Assembly (NCBI RefSeq): GCF_003352465.1
Contig: NZ_CP031153.1
Span: forward strand, 546,465 to 610,464
Source: Kordia sp. SMS9
GTDB taxonomy: Bacteria; Bacteroidota; Bacteroidia; Flavobacteriales; Flavobacteriaceae
Length of the DNA stretch: 64,000 bases
Reading direction: 5' to 3'
Shown here piece after piece: positions 39,088 to 48,436 of this stretch (position 1 is the first letter of the stretch; every line of letters begins with the position of its first letter). A program made the position numbers and the translations under genes. The notes under the pieces are model-generated. The model was not told where the DNA came from and did not search any database. It saw nothing but the letters and a program-made list of their open reading frames with translations.

Positions 39088-40342
39088 TATAGAAACCACC
39101 CAAAAAACAGACGTACAAATGTATGTAAAAACGGCACACAATATTGGCAAGTACTTAGCCAAAGAAGCATTATGGTATAAAGATATGTGCAACTGGACTG
39201 GGCATGAAGTGGCGCCCGTTGGCGATACATTCCAAACGGTTGTCAAAGCGTGTAGCATTGATTTGTACAGCGGACTCACAGGAATTGCTTTATTTTTAGC
39301 AGAATTATATGATAAAACGCAAGATACAATCATTTTGCACACCTTAAATGGTGCCTTAAAAACCATCTATTCAAATTTAGAAGGTGACAAAGTAAACAAC
39401 TTCGGATACTACTCTGGAAAAATTGGATTGGGATATACGCTGTGGCGCATTGGGAAAAAATCAGCAAATGCGGAATTGGTAGACAAAGCACTTTCCATAG
39501 TAAAATCTGTCAAAGACAAAGACATTGCCGATTATGAAGTAGATATCATTTCTGGCGCTGCGGGATCCATCTCAGTGTTATTAAAACTATACTATGCCGA
39601 ACAAGACAATGACTTTTTGGAAATTGCTGAAAAATGTGGTCAATTTCTATTGAAAAAAGCGATCCGACAAGGTGAAATCTGTTCATGGATGACGGTTGAC
39701 AAATCCAATGCACTTACAGGCTATTCGCATGGCGCTTCGGGTATTGCTTCCGCATTGATGGAACTCTATGCAACCACAAAGAAAGAGGAATACTGGCATA
39801 CCGCTATGGGCGGATACAACTATGAGAAACAATGGTTCAATCAGCAAACTCAAAACTGGCCCGATTTACGTGAATATGATGGTTCCAAACCGTTAAACTA
39901 CGGCGTTATGTGGTGTCACGGCGCACCCGGAATTGCCATTGCGCAACTAAAAGCCTACGAAATGACGAAGCATGAATACTTTTTACAGGAAGCGAAAGTT
40001 GCTTTGGAAACTACCAAAAGAACAGTCATTCAAGAAATCAATATAAACTCGAAAGCAAACTTTTCACTATGTCACGGATTGGCTGGAAATGCTGATATAT
40101 TACTCTACGGAAGTCAAATACTAAATCATCCAGAATATGCGCAAATTGCCAAAAATGCAGGCGATTTCGGAATTGCACACTACGATGCAACAGGTGTGAT
40201 ATTTCCAAGTGGCGTGAACGATCCTAGCGGACTCACCATCGGACAAGAAGAAAATCCTGGACTCATGTTAGGACTTTCAGGAACAGGCATGTTTTACTTG
40301 CGTTTGGCAGATATCATGGTTCCTTCGGCGTTGGTGCCTTGA
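39080..40342 (+). CDS. Stand-alone LanC-like lanthionine cyclase domain protein
   Basis: All three LanC zinc-ligand motifs are present: GYSHGASGIASAL, VMWCHGAPGIAIAQL, SLCHGLAGNADILLYG. 420 aa; it overlaps the upstream stop by 8 nt. Confidence 0.8.
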   Translation: MNSIETTQKTDVQMYVKTAHNIGKYLAKEALWYKDMCNWTGHEVAPVGDTFQTVVKACSIDLYSGLTGIALFLAELYDKTQDTIILHTLNGALKTIYSNLEGDKVNNFGYYSGKIGLGYTLWRIGKKSANAELVDKALSIVKSVKDKDIADYEVDIISGAAGSISVLLKLYYAEQDNDFLEIAEKCGQFLLKKAIRQGEICSWMTVDKSNALTGYSHGASGIASALMELYATTKKEEYWHTAMGGYNYEKQWFNQQTQNWPDLREYDGSKPLNYGVMWCHGAPGIAIAQLKAYEMTKHEYFLQEAKVALETTKRTVIQEININSKANFSLCHGLAGNADILLYGSQILNHPEYAQIAKNAGDFGIAHYDATGVIFPSGVNDPSGLTIGQEENPGLMLGLSGTGMFYLRLADIMVPSALVP

Positions 40343-40378
40343 CATAAAAAATAATTCCTACAACCAAAACTTCATAAC

Positions 40379-40406
40379 AAGGGTTTTTTTCCCTTTTATT
40401 TTTAAG
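40379..40406 (+). terminator. Rho-independent terminator closing the putative RiPP operon
   Basis: AAGGG-TTTTTTT-CCCTT hairpin followed by TTATTTTT. Confidence 0.6.
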
Positions 40407-40678
40407 GTATTCCCTAGAGGATTCCTATTCAGAAGCATGTACTTTTATTTGCTGAAAGTTCACATACAATTTATGTATATTTCTGAATAGAGGTTGTAGT
40501 CATTCATAGATAGTTAGATGCATAAACTCAATGAACTTTCGAAAATCCCAAGTGTCCGCTTGGGATTTTTAAAATATCTTCACTTCGCTTGTAAAGTTTT
40601 GAAAAAAATCTCGTCTCATTATAGAATGTTTGTTTTTGCGTATTTTAGCAAATCTCAAATGAAAAATAAGAACGAAGC

Positions 40679-41014
40679 ATGGACAAATCATACTACAACC
40701 CAAGAGACTTAAAAAAATTCGGATCCATTACTGAATGGAGTGAAGAATTGGGAAACAAATTCTTTGAATACTACGGAAAAGTGTTTGAAGAAGGCGCGCT
40801 CACACCTCGCGAAAAATCACTCATCGCTTTAGCAGTAGCACATACCGAGCAATGTCCGTATTGCATTGATGCCTATTCACAAGACGGTTTGCAACGCGGA
40901 ATCACAAAAGAAGAAATGATGGAAGCCATTCACGTTGGTGCCGCCATCAAAAGTGGTGCAACATTAGTGCATGGTGTGCAAATGATGAACAAAGTAAATA
41001 AATTGGAAATGTGA
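40679..41014 (+). CDS. AhpD/carboxymuconolactone-decarboxylase-fold protein (arsenosugar-biosynthesis-associated peroxidase-like)
   Basis: 111 aa; CPYC within the helix-rich AhpD core (LIALAVAHTEQCPYCIDAY); immediately upstream of ArsS. Confidence 0.7.
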   Translation: MDKSYYNPRDLKKFGSITEWSEELGNKFFEYYGKVFEEGALTPREKSLIALAVAHTEQCPYCIDAYSQDGLQRGITKEEMMEAIHVGAAIKSGATLVHGVQMMNKVNKLEM

Positions 41015-41127
41015 TTTTTATAATTTCAAAAATTATAAAAATCATCCTGAGCACCGTCGAAGGATCTTTGAAACTCAAATACTCTGAATTACGTATATAA
41101 TTTAGAAACGAAACACAAAACATATAC

Positions 41128-42183
41128 ATGGCGACAAAGTCCCTACAAAAAAGAGAAAGTGAACTTGCAAGTACAAAACGACAACTGGAAATTCTGTCTA
41201 ACGGAATCTTTCAAAGTGGCGAATTGCCAACGTTTGCCAACAAAATAAAAGAAACAAATCAATTTCCCCTAAAGCCCAAAAAAATTGAAATCTTACAAAT
41301 CAATGTTGGGTATATGTGCAATCAAGTCTGTTCGCATTGTCATGTAGATGCAGGTCCCGACCGAAAGGAAATCATGACGCGTGAAACCATGCAACAATGT
41401 TTGGATGTCATTGAAAAAACGGGCGCACATACGCTCGATTTAACAGGTGGCGCACCCGAAATGAATCCACACTTTCGTTGGTTTGTAGAAGAAGCGTCTA
41501 AAATTGGTGTGAAAGATTTTATTGTACGATCAAATCTTACGATCATTCGTGCGAACAAAAAATACTACGATTTGCCAGAATTCTTCAAAAAACACAATGT
41601 ACATGTCGTTTCTTCCATGCCGCACTGGACACGTGGAAAAACGGACAAACAACGTGGCGACGGTGTTTTTGACAAATCTATCAAAGCCTTACAAGAACTC
41701 AACGCAGTTGGCTACGGAATGCCCGATAGCGATTTGCGATTAGACTTGGTATACAATCCGTCAGGAGCGTTTTTACCGGGAGATCAAACAGCGATGGAAA
41801 AAGATTTCAAAAAAGCCTTATTCGACGATTTCGGCATTCAATTTCACAACCTATTTGCCATTACTAACTTGCCGATCAGTCGTTTTTTGGATTACCTTAT
41901 TGCTTCTGAAAACTATGAAGATTATATGTACTCTTTGGTGGAAGCGTTCAATCCGGGCGCGGTGACAAATGTCATGTGCACCAATACCATTTCCGTAAGT
42001 TGGGACGGTTGGTTGTACGATTGCGATTTCAACCAAATGCTCGATTTAAAAGTAGCAAGCAAGGTAAAACACATTTCAGAATACAACGAAGAACTATTAC
42101 AAAACAGAAACATCATCATCTCTCAACACTGTTATGGTTGCACCGCTGGCGCAGGAAGCAGTTGTCAAGGAAGTGTTGCTTAA
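41128..42183 (+). CDS. arsS: Radical SAM protein ArsS (rSAM/Cys-rich-domain, arsenosugar biosynthesis)
   Basis: CNQVCSHC (CxxxCxxC) radical-SAM cluster motif and a C-terminal Cys-rich tail CYGCTAGAGSSCQGSVA. There is no in-frame TGA, so it is the Cys form, not the Sec form. Confidence 0.75.
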   Translation: MATKSLQKRESELASTKRQLEILSNGIFQSGELPTFANKIKETNQFPLKPKKIEILQINVGYMCNQVCSHCHVDAGPDRKEIMTRETMQQCLDVIEKTGAHTLDLTGGAPEMNPHFRWFVEEASKIGVKDFIVRSNLTIIRANKKYYDLPEFFKKHNVHVVSSMPHWTRGKTDKQRGDGVFDKSIKALQELNAVGYGMPDSDLRLDLVYNPSGAFLPGDQTAMEKDFKKALFDDFGIQFHNLFAITNLPISRFLDYLIASENYEDYMYSLVEAFNPGAVTNVMCTNTISVSWDGWLYDCDFNQMLDLKVASKVKHISEYNEELLQNRNIIISQHCYGCTAGAGSSCQGSVA

Positions 42184-42353
42184 AATATACAAAATTTGGT
42201 ATGATAGCTTTTCCGCAGTGTCGCAATGATTTTTCGTTAAAAATTTTTGAAGCCTTGGAAAAAATTTAGAAAAATTATTGCGGTTGTAGTTTTTCAATAA
42301 CAGAAAAACTACAAACACCTCTGGAAAAATTCCCTTTCTTTTGTTGACGCCTG

Positions 42354-42372
42354 TGCTGAACTTGATTCAGTA
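42354..42372. repeat. REP-like palindrome tgctgaacttgattcagta
   Basis: Same 15-nt palindromic core as at 28100, 28885, and 28940. Confidence 0.55.
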
Positions 42373-42483
42373 TTCTTTGGGAAGGCAAAGAAAACGAAAA
42401 TAAAAAACTGAAAATTGAGCTATGAAACAAATGATTACTTTGAGTATTTCAATTTTTCTTTGAAAGAATTAAATTTATATTAA

Positions 42484-43005
42484 ATGAAAAACATTCTTTA
42501 CATACTAACTTTTCTAGGTGTCGCTTTCGCGAATAGCCAAACCGCACTCGACAGTCTCTTGCAAAAAGAAAACAAAGCATCTGTTCCCTACATCACGGTT
42601 TCAGAATTGCTTCAAAAGGAAAACATCGTTCTCTTAGACAGTCGCGAAAAAGTAGAATATGAAACCAGCCATATTGAAAATGCGGTGTGTGTTGGCTATG
42701 ATAAATTCAAACTGAAAAAAGTAAAAAAACTATTGCCTAAAGATAAAAACACGCCAATTGTTGTTTATTGTTCTTTGGGAATTCGCTCAGAAGATGTTGG
42801 CGAAAAACTACAAAAAGCAGGCTACAAAAACGTGTACAATCTTTATGGGGGTATTTTTGAATGGAAAAATCAAGATCAGACTGTGGTAGACAACAAAGGA
42901 GAAACGACCGAAAACATACACACGTTCAATGAAGATTGGAGCATTTGGCTAAAAAAAGGCGTGAAAATTTTCGACAAGAAAAAATCCAACAAAGACAAAT
43001 CATAA
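42484..43005 (+). CDS. Secreted rhodanese-domain sulfurtransferase
   Basis: Signal peptide MKNILYILTFLGVAFANSQ; active-site loop YCSLGIRS. Confidence 0.75.
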   Translation: MKNILYILTFLGVAFANSQTALDSLLQKENKASVPYITVSELLQKENIVLLDSREKVEYETSHIENAVCVGYDKFKLKKVKKLLPKDKNTPIVVYCSLGIRSEDVGEKLQKAGYKNVYNLYGGIFEWKNQDQTVVDNKGETTENIHTFNEDWSIWLKKGVKIFDKKKSNKDKS

Positions 43006-43007
43006 AC

Positions 43008-43616
43008 ATGCATAAAAGCAACACGTTACTTATGACGTTTACACGAAATCCCGAATTGGGAAAAGTAAAAAGTCGCTTGGCAAAAGGCATTGGTGAAAAA
43101 GCCGCATTGGAAGTATATATTCAACTTTTAGAACATACCAAAAGTGTACTGCAACAAATAGACGTAGACAAATGTGTATGGTATTCTGTCGCAGTGCGAA
43201 AAAATGATTTGTGGAATGATAAAATCTATCAAAAAAAAGCACAAATTGGAGACGATTTAGGCGCACGAATGTTAAATTCATTCAAAGATGCTTTTCAAAA
43301 TAATTATGAAAAAGTCATTATCATTGGAAGCGATTTATACGATTTGCGCCCAACACACATTCAAGAAGCCATTGATGCTTTAGACACTAATGATGTTGTC
43401 ATCGGACCTGCAAAAGATGGCGGATACTATTTATTGGGAATGAAAACACTGCACGAAAAAGCGTTTGCACCAAAAGCTTGGGGAACGGAAACCGTATTGG
43501 CAGACACCTTAAAAGAGTTAGATTCACAAAAAATACAGTTGTTAGAAACGCTAAACGATATAGATTACGCAGAAGATTTACTACCTTACGAAACTTTTAA
43601 AAAATACACTTCATAA
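43008..43616 (+). CDS. DUF2064/TIGR04282-like transferase (rSAM/selenodomain-associated transferase 1)
   Basis: Start set at the internal Met MHKSNTLLMTFTRNPELGKVKSRLA (the track ORF begins at 42936, overlapping the rhodanese gene). ...IIIGSDLYDLRP...GPAKDGGYYLLG is typical of this MobA-like family. Confidence 0.55.
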   Translation: MHKSNTLLMTFTRNPELGKVKSRLAKGIGEKAALEVYIQLLEHTKSVLQQIDVDKCVWYSVAVRKNDLWNDKIYQKKAQIGDDLGARMLNSFKDAFQNNYEKVIIIGSDLYDLRPTHIQEAIDALDTNDVVIGPAKDGGYYLLGMKTLHEKAFAPKAWGTETVLADTLKELDSQKIQLLETLNDIDYAEDLLPYETFKKYTS

Positions 43617-43624
43617 ATATATTT

Positions 43625-44437
43625 ATGTTAAAACACATCGCAGAAACCACCGAATATTTACAAAAAAAAGGATTTGACAATCCTGAAATTGGCATCGTTC
43701 TAGGAACAGGTTTGGGAAAACTCATAGACGATATCGAAATCATCGCAGAAGCCCATTATAACAATATTCCTTACTTTCCATTGGCAACAGTAGAATTCCA
43801 TACGGGAAAGCTTGTCTTTGGAAACTTGGCAGGAAAAAAAGTAGTCGTAATGCAAGGACGTTTTCATTTATATGAAGGCTATGATTTTATCGACATCACC
43901 TACCCGATTCGCATCATGCACAAACTCGGAATTCAAAAACTCCTAGTGTCTAATGCCGCAGGTGCCATCAATCTCAATTACAAAAAAGGCGACATCATGA
44001 TCATTGACGATCACATCAACTTGCAAGGTGGATCGCCATTGGCTTTTAAAGGTGTGAGCGAATTTGGAGAACGTTTTGCAGACATGAGCGCTCCGTACGA
44101 TGCAGACATGATTGCAACCGTGGAGAACATTGCCGCAAATCACAATATTGACATTCAAAAAGGGGTTTACGCAAGTGTTGTGGGGCCGCAATTAGAAACA
44201 CGTGCCGAATACCGAATGTTAAAAATCATTGGTGCAGATGCCGTGGGAATGAGTACCGTTCCCGAAGTTATTGTTGCCAATCACTTAAACGTGCCGTGTT
44301 TGGCAGTTTCGGTGTTGACAGACGAATGCGATCCTGATAACTTAGCACCTGTAGACATTGCGGACATCATTGCAGTCGCTGGAAAAGCCGAACCAAAAAT
44401 GATTACTCTTTTTAGTGAACTGATCAAAACGTTGTAA
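43625..44437 (+). CDS. Purine nucleoside phosphorylase (PNP family I)
   Basis: IGIVLGTGLG, ...GRFHLYEGY..., GMSTVPEV. Confidence 0.85.
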   Translation: MLKHIAETTEYLQKKGFDNPEIGIVLGTGLGKLIDDIEIIAEAHYNNIPYFPLATVEFHTGKLVFGNLAGKKVVVMQGRFHLYEGYDFIDITYPIRIMHKLGIQKLLVSNAAGAINLNYKKGDIMIIDDHINLQGGSPLAFKGVSEFGERFADMSAPYDADMIATVENIAANHNIDIQKGVYASVVGPQLETRAEYRMLKIIGADAVGMSTVPEVIVANHLNVPCLAVSVLTDECDPDNLAPVDIADIIAVAGKAEPKMITLFSELIKTL

Positions 44438-44443
44438 GATGTC

Positions 44444-44507
44444 AGTATGAAGTTATGAGTATTGAGAGGTTAGTATTGAGAAATTAGTATTGAGTATTGA
44501 GAAGTTA
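44444..44507. repeat. GTATTGAG heptamer-based tandem repeat array
   Basis: agtattgagaggttagtattgagaaattagtattgagtattgagaagtt immediately 3' of the PNP stop. The same family occurs at 45547-45580 and 62285-62306. Confidence 0.6.
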
Positions 44508-44575
44508 AAAAGCGTGGTCTGAGGCACTCGAAGACCACCCCAAAGCAAACAGCTAGAAGCTAAAAAAACAAAAAA

Positions 44576-45544
44576 ATGAGTTATTTAGACACTACACACG
44601 ACGTATATAAAGAAGCAGCCTTAACGCCAGACGTTGGACTGTGTTGCACTACAAACCCAATTTGGGAATTGCCAGGGTTAAAAATTCCGAAAATCATGCA
44701 GGAAATGAATTATGGATGCGGAAGTACAGTGCATGCGCGCGATTTAACCAACAATCCAACGATGTTATATGTTGGCGTTGGTGGCGGAATGGAATTATTG
44801 CAATTTTCATATTTCAATCGCCAAAAAGGTGGCGTGATTGGATTGGATGTCGTAGATGAAATGTTAGAAGCATCTCGTAAAAACTTTACAGAAGCCGAAG
44901 CACAAAACGATTGGTTTAAAAGTGAGTTTGTAGACTTGCGAAAAGGCGATGCGCTCAACTTGCCTGTGGATGATAATAGTATAGATGTAGCAGCGCAAAA
45001 CTGCTTGTTCAACATCTTTAAAACAGACGATTTAAAGAAAGCGATTGCAGAAATGTATCGTGTACTCAAACCACATGGAAAACTCGTCATGAGTGATCCA
45101 ACGTGTGAACAACCGATGAACGAAACCTTACGTAACGACGAACGCTTACGCGCTTTATGTTTAAGTGGAAGCTTGCCAATTGCAGAATATGTAAAAATGT
45201 TGACAGACGCAGGTTTTGGAACCATTGAAATTCGCGCTAGAAAACCATACAGAATTTTAGATCCAAAAAACTATCCAACAGACGAATTAATCTACATCGA
45301 ATCTATTGAAGTGGCAGCCATCAAAGATCCAATGCCAGCGGACGGACCGTGTATTTTTACAGGAAAAGCGGCAATTTACTTTGGTACAGAAGATTACTTT
45401 GACGATGAAAAAGGACATATTTTATTGAAAAATCAGCCGATTGCGATTTGTGACAAAACTGCACAAGCGTTGGCCGATTTAGGACGCGACGATATTTTCA
45501 TTTCAGAATCTACCTATCATTATGATGGTGGTGGATGTTGTTAA
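44576..45544 (+). CDS. arsM: SAM-dependent arsenite methyltransferase (ArsM-like)
   Basis: N-terminal Cys pair (GLCCTT), YGCGS, and SAM motif I LYVGVGGG, as in ArsM/AS3MT. Confidence 0.7.
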   Translation: MSYLDTTHDVYKEAALTPDVGLCCTTNPIWELPGLKIPKIMQEMNYGCGSTVHARDLTNNPTMLYVGVGGGMELLQFSYFNRQKGGVIGLDVVDEMLEASRKNFTEAEAQNDWFKSEFVDLRKGDALNLPVDDNSIDVAAQNCLFNIFKTDDLKKAIAEMYRVLKPHGKLVMSDPTCEQPMNETLRNDERLRALCLSGSLPIAEYVKMLTDAGFGTIEIRARKPYRILDPKNYPTDELIYIESIEVAAIKDPMPADGPCIFTGKAAIYFGTEDYFDDEKGHILLKNQPIAICDKTAQALADLGRDDIFISESTYHYDGGGCC

Positions 45545-45724
45545 AAAGTATTGAGTATTGAGATGTTAGTATTGAGAAGTACTTTGAAACGTCATCATTA
45601 CGAGCGATAGCGCGGTAATCTGTTTATCATAAGCAGTTTCGTTATTTGAAGCATGAGATTGCCATGAATTTTCACAAAAACTTGTAAAACAAATCTAAAC
45701 GTTCTCTATGAACGCAAACTATAT

Positions 45725-45770
45725 AAACACCACAGTTTACGAATTGAACTGTGGTGTTTTTTTATTTTTT
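45725..45770 (+). terminator. Rho-independent terminator after arsM
   Basis: AACACCACAGTT...AACTGTGGTGTT hairpin followed by a long T-run. Confidence 0.65.
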
Positions 45771-45889
45771 GAAAGGTCGCTACAAAAAACACGACCGATT
45801 CCTTAGGTTTTTTTGCGAAGTTTGAGTTACCAAACGAACGAAAAAGCAAGCTCAATAGAAACGGAAAAGAATACGTAAATTTGTAAGCT

Positions 45890-46771
45890 ATGGAAAACTA
45901 TCTTGATATCTTTCTAAAATCATACAGCGAGTATTGGAATTACTTTTTGAACTTGATTTATTTTAGAGAAATTGAAAACTATTTTTACGGCTTAATCGCA
46001 ATTTCTTTGATCGTTTGGATATTGGAAATCTTATTTCCTTGGCGAAAAAATCAAGCTATTTTTCGCAAAGATTTTTGGTTGGATACGTTTTACATGTTTT
46101 TCAACTTCTTCATTTTTAATTTGATTCTTTTTACAGCACTTTCCAACACAACCGCGGCGTTTTTTAATGATATTTTAGGTGTAATCGGACTTTCGATAGA
46201 AAGCATACAATTGTTCAATGTGAGCGCGCTTCCAGCTTGGGCTGGCTTGTTGATTTTCTTTGTCGTTTCTGATTTTGTGCAATGGAATACACATCGTTTG
46301 TTGCACAGAGTTGACTTTTTGTGGAACTTTCACAAAGTGCATCATTCCGTAAAAGAAATGGGCTTTGCCGCACATTTACGCTATCATTGGATGGAAACGG
46401 TTGTGTACAAATCGTTGCTTTACATTCCGATTGCGCTTATTGGTGGATTTAGTGTTCAAAATGTTGCGTTTGTATATTTCTTTACCATTTCTGTTGGTCA
46501 TTTGAATCATGCCAATTTGGGTTGGGATTATGGTTTTTTAAAATATATTTTCAACAATCCGAAGATGCATATTTGGCATCACAGCAAGAAATTGCCTAGA
46601 AAATACGGTGTCAATTTCGGTCTTACGTTAAGCATTTGGGATTATCTTTTCAGAACAAATTATATTCCAAAAAGCGGGCGCGATATTGAACTAGGTTTTG
46701 CAAATGACGAAACCTTTCCGCAAGATTTTCTACAACAAGAAATCTATCCTATCAAACTAAAAAAAGATTAA
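45890..46771 (+). CDS. Sterol-desaturase/fatty-acid-hydroxylase-family membrane protein
   Basis: His boxes HRLLH, HKVHH, WHHSKK; multiple TM helices. Confidence 0.75.
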   Translation: MENYLDIFLKSYSEYWNYFLNLIYFREIENYFYGLIAISLIVWILEILFPWRKNQAIFRKDFWLDTFYMFFNFFIFNLILFTALSNTTAAFFNDILGVIGLSIESIQLFNVSALPAWAGLLIFFVVSDFVQWNTHRLLHRVDFLWNFHKVHHSVKEMGFAAHLRYHWMETVVYKSLLYIPIALIGGFSVQNVAFVYFFTISVGHLNHANLGWDYGFLKYIFNNPKMHIWHHSKKLPRKYGVNFGLTLSIWDYLFRTNYIPKSGRDIELGFANDETFPQDFLQQEIYPIKLKKD

Positions 46772-46775
46772 CACT

Positions 46776-47618
46776 ATGCGACAAATTATAAGTACAATTG
46801 TGATAACAATTTGTTTCATTTCTTGTGGAACGCAGCAAAAATCTACTAAAAAAACTCCAGAAACGGTGTTCACTATATTAGATTCTATTCAGAAGAAATT
46901 TGATGAAATTGCGGAAAAAGATAGTATCAATTTTAAAAAGAATGCAAAGTTTGTTTCTAGTAAATCCATTTCAAAATCCAATCATACAGCGTGGCACAAT
47001 CTGCTTCAAAAATATGTGTCTGACGACGGAAAGGTAAATTATGTAGGATTGAAAGAAGATCGCCAAAAGGTATTGATGTATATTGATCAGTTGGGAGCAC
47101 AAAAACCTACGAAAGACTGGTCTAGAAACGAAACTTTGGCGTATTGGATCAATGCGTATAATGTGATGACCGTTGATTTGATTTTGGATAGTTATCCTGC
47201 AAGAAAAGGCATCAAAGAAATTCGAAATCCTTGGAAACAACGACGCTGGACAATTGAAGGAAGAGCGTATAATTTAGATGAAATTGAGCATGACATTTTA
47301 CGTAAAATGAACGAACCAAGAATTCATTTTGCCATCAATTGCGCTTCGTTTTCCTGTCCTCCATTATTGAATGAAGCATTTACGGCAAACAAAATGGAAT
47401 CGCAATTAACGCAAGTTACCAAAGCATTTTTGGCGGATTCAAAACGAAATACCATCACCAAAAATCAACTGGAAATCTCTAAGATTTTTAAGTGGTTTTC
47501 AAAAGATTTTAAACAAAAGGGTTCGCTGATCGATTTTTTAAATTTGTACAGTCCCATCAAAATAAACGCAGACGCCAATATTGATTATAAAGACTACGAT
47601 TGGCGTTTGAACGAATAG
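46776..47618 (+). CDS. DUF547-domain lipoprotein
   Basis: Lipoprotein-type signal (ICFISCG); HFAINCASFSCPPL core motif of DUF547. Confidence 0.7.
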   Translation: MRQIISTIVITICFISCGTQQKSTKKTPETVFTILDSIQKKFDEIAEKDSINFKKNAKFVSSKSISKSNHTAWHNLLQKYVSDDGKVNYVGLKEDRQKVLMYIDQLGAQKPTKDWSRNETLAYWINAYNVMTVDLILDSYPARKGIKEIRNPWKQRRWTIEGRAYNLDEIEHDILRKMNEPRIHFAINCASFSCPPLLNEAFTANKMESQLTQVTKAFLADSKRNTITKNQLEISKIFKWFSKDFKQKGSLIDFLNLYSPIKINADANIDYKDYDWRLNE

Positions 47619-47659
47619 ATTTTCAATAAAACCATCAAGACAGTTTCGTATACAAAGCA

Positions 47660-48436
47660 ATGACAGCAAACAAAATTTCCATCATCGTTCCAATTTTCAA
47701 CGAAGCAAATACCATTGTTTCGTTGCTGGAAACGTTGTTGGATCGCATGAAATATAAACATCATGAAATACTTTTGGTTGATGGCGGAAGTTCGGACGAA
47801 ACGGTTGAACTTGTTTCCAACTTCATCTCAAAATTCAACAGAACTCAAAATGAACATCGAAAAAGATGTGTAGATCAGTTGTTTGGAAACGAAGATTTTG
47901 CCGTGTACATTCAACTTTTTGAATCTAAAAAAGGACGTGCCAAACAGATGAATTTTGGCGCGCAGAAAGCAACTGGAGACACCTTGTATTTTCTGCATGC
48001 AGACACGTTTCCTCCACAACATTTTGATGAATTTATTCTACAAGAAATCAACAACGGAAACGAAGCTGGCTGTTTTCGCATGAAATTTAATTCGTGGCAT
48101 CCTGTGTTGCTCGTTTCACAGTTTTTTACACGTTTCAATCTCAGTTGGTGTCGTGGTGGCGACCAATCTTTATACATTTCTAAATCACTTTTTGACGAAT
48201 TAAATGGTTTTGACGAATCATATATTATTTATGAAGATTGCGAATTTATCAATCGGTTGTATGCGCAGAAACAGTTTACTATCATTCCCAAAAGCGTGAA
48301 AACTTCTGCCAGAAAATACAAAACCAATGGCACCTGGAAATTACAATATCATTTCGCCATGATTCACGTCAAAAAATCTAAAGGTGCTACTCCACAAGAA
48401 TTGTACGCGTATTATCAAAAACATATAGCTTCTTAG
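47660..48436 (+). CDS. Family 2 glycosyltransferase (rSAM/selenodomain-associated transferase 2-like)
   Basis: ISIIVPIFNEANTI...LLVDGGSSDETV is the GT2 N-terminal signature. Confidence 0.7.
   Translation: MTANKISIIVPIFNEANTIVSLLETLLDRMKYKHHEILLVDGGSSDETVELVSNFISKFNRTQNEHRKRCVDQLFGNEDFAVYIQLFESKKGRAKQMNFGAQKATGDTLYFLHADTFPPQHFDEFILQEINNGNEAGCFRMKFNSWHPVLLVSQFFTRFNLSWCRGGDQSLYISKSLFDELNGFDESYIIYEDCEFINRLYAQKQFTIIPKSVKTSARKYKTNGTWKLQYHFAMIHVKKSKGATPQELYAYYQKHIAS

Noticed and set aside
41128-42183. ArsS as a selenoprotein
   Set aside because: There is no in-frame TGA, and the C-terminal Cys-rich tail is fully encoded with Cys (CYGCTAGAGSSCQGS). This is the Cys-type member.
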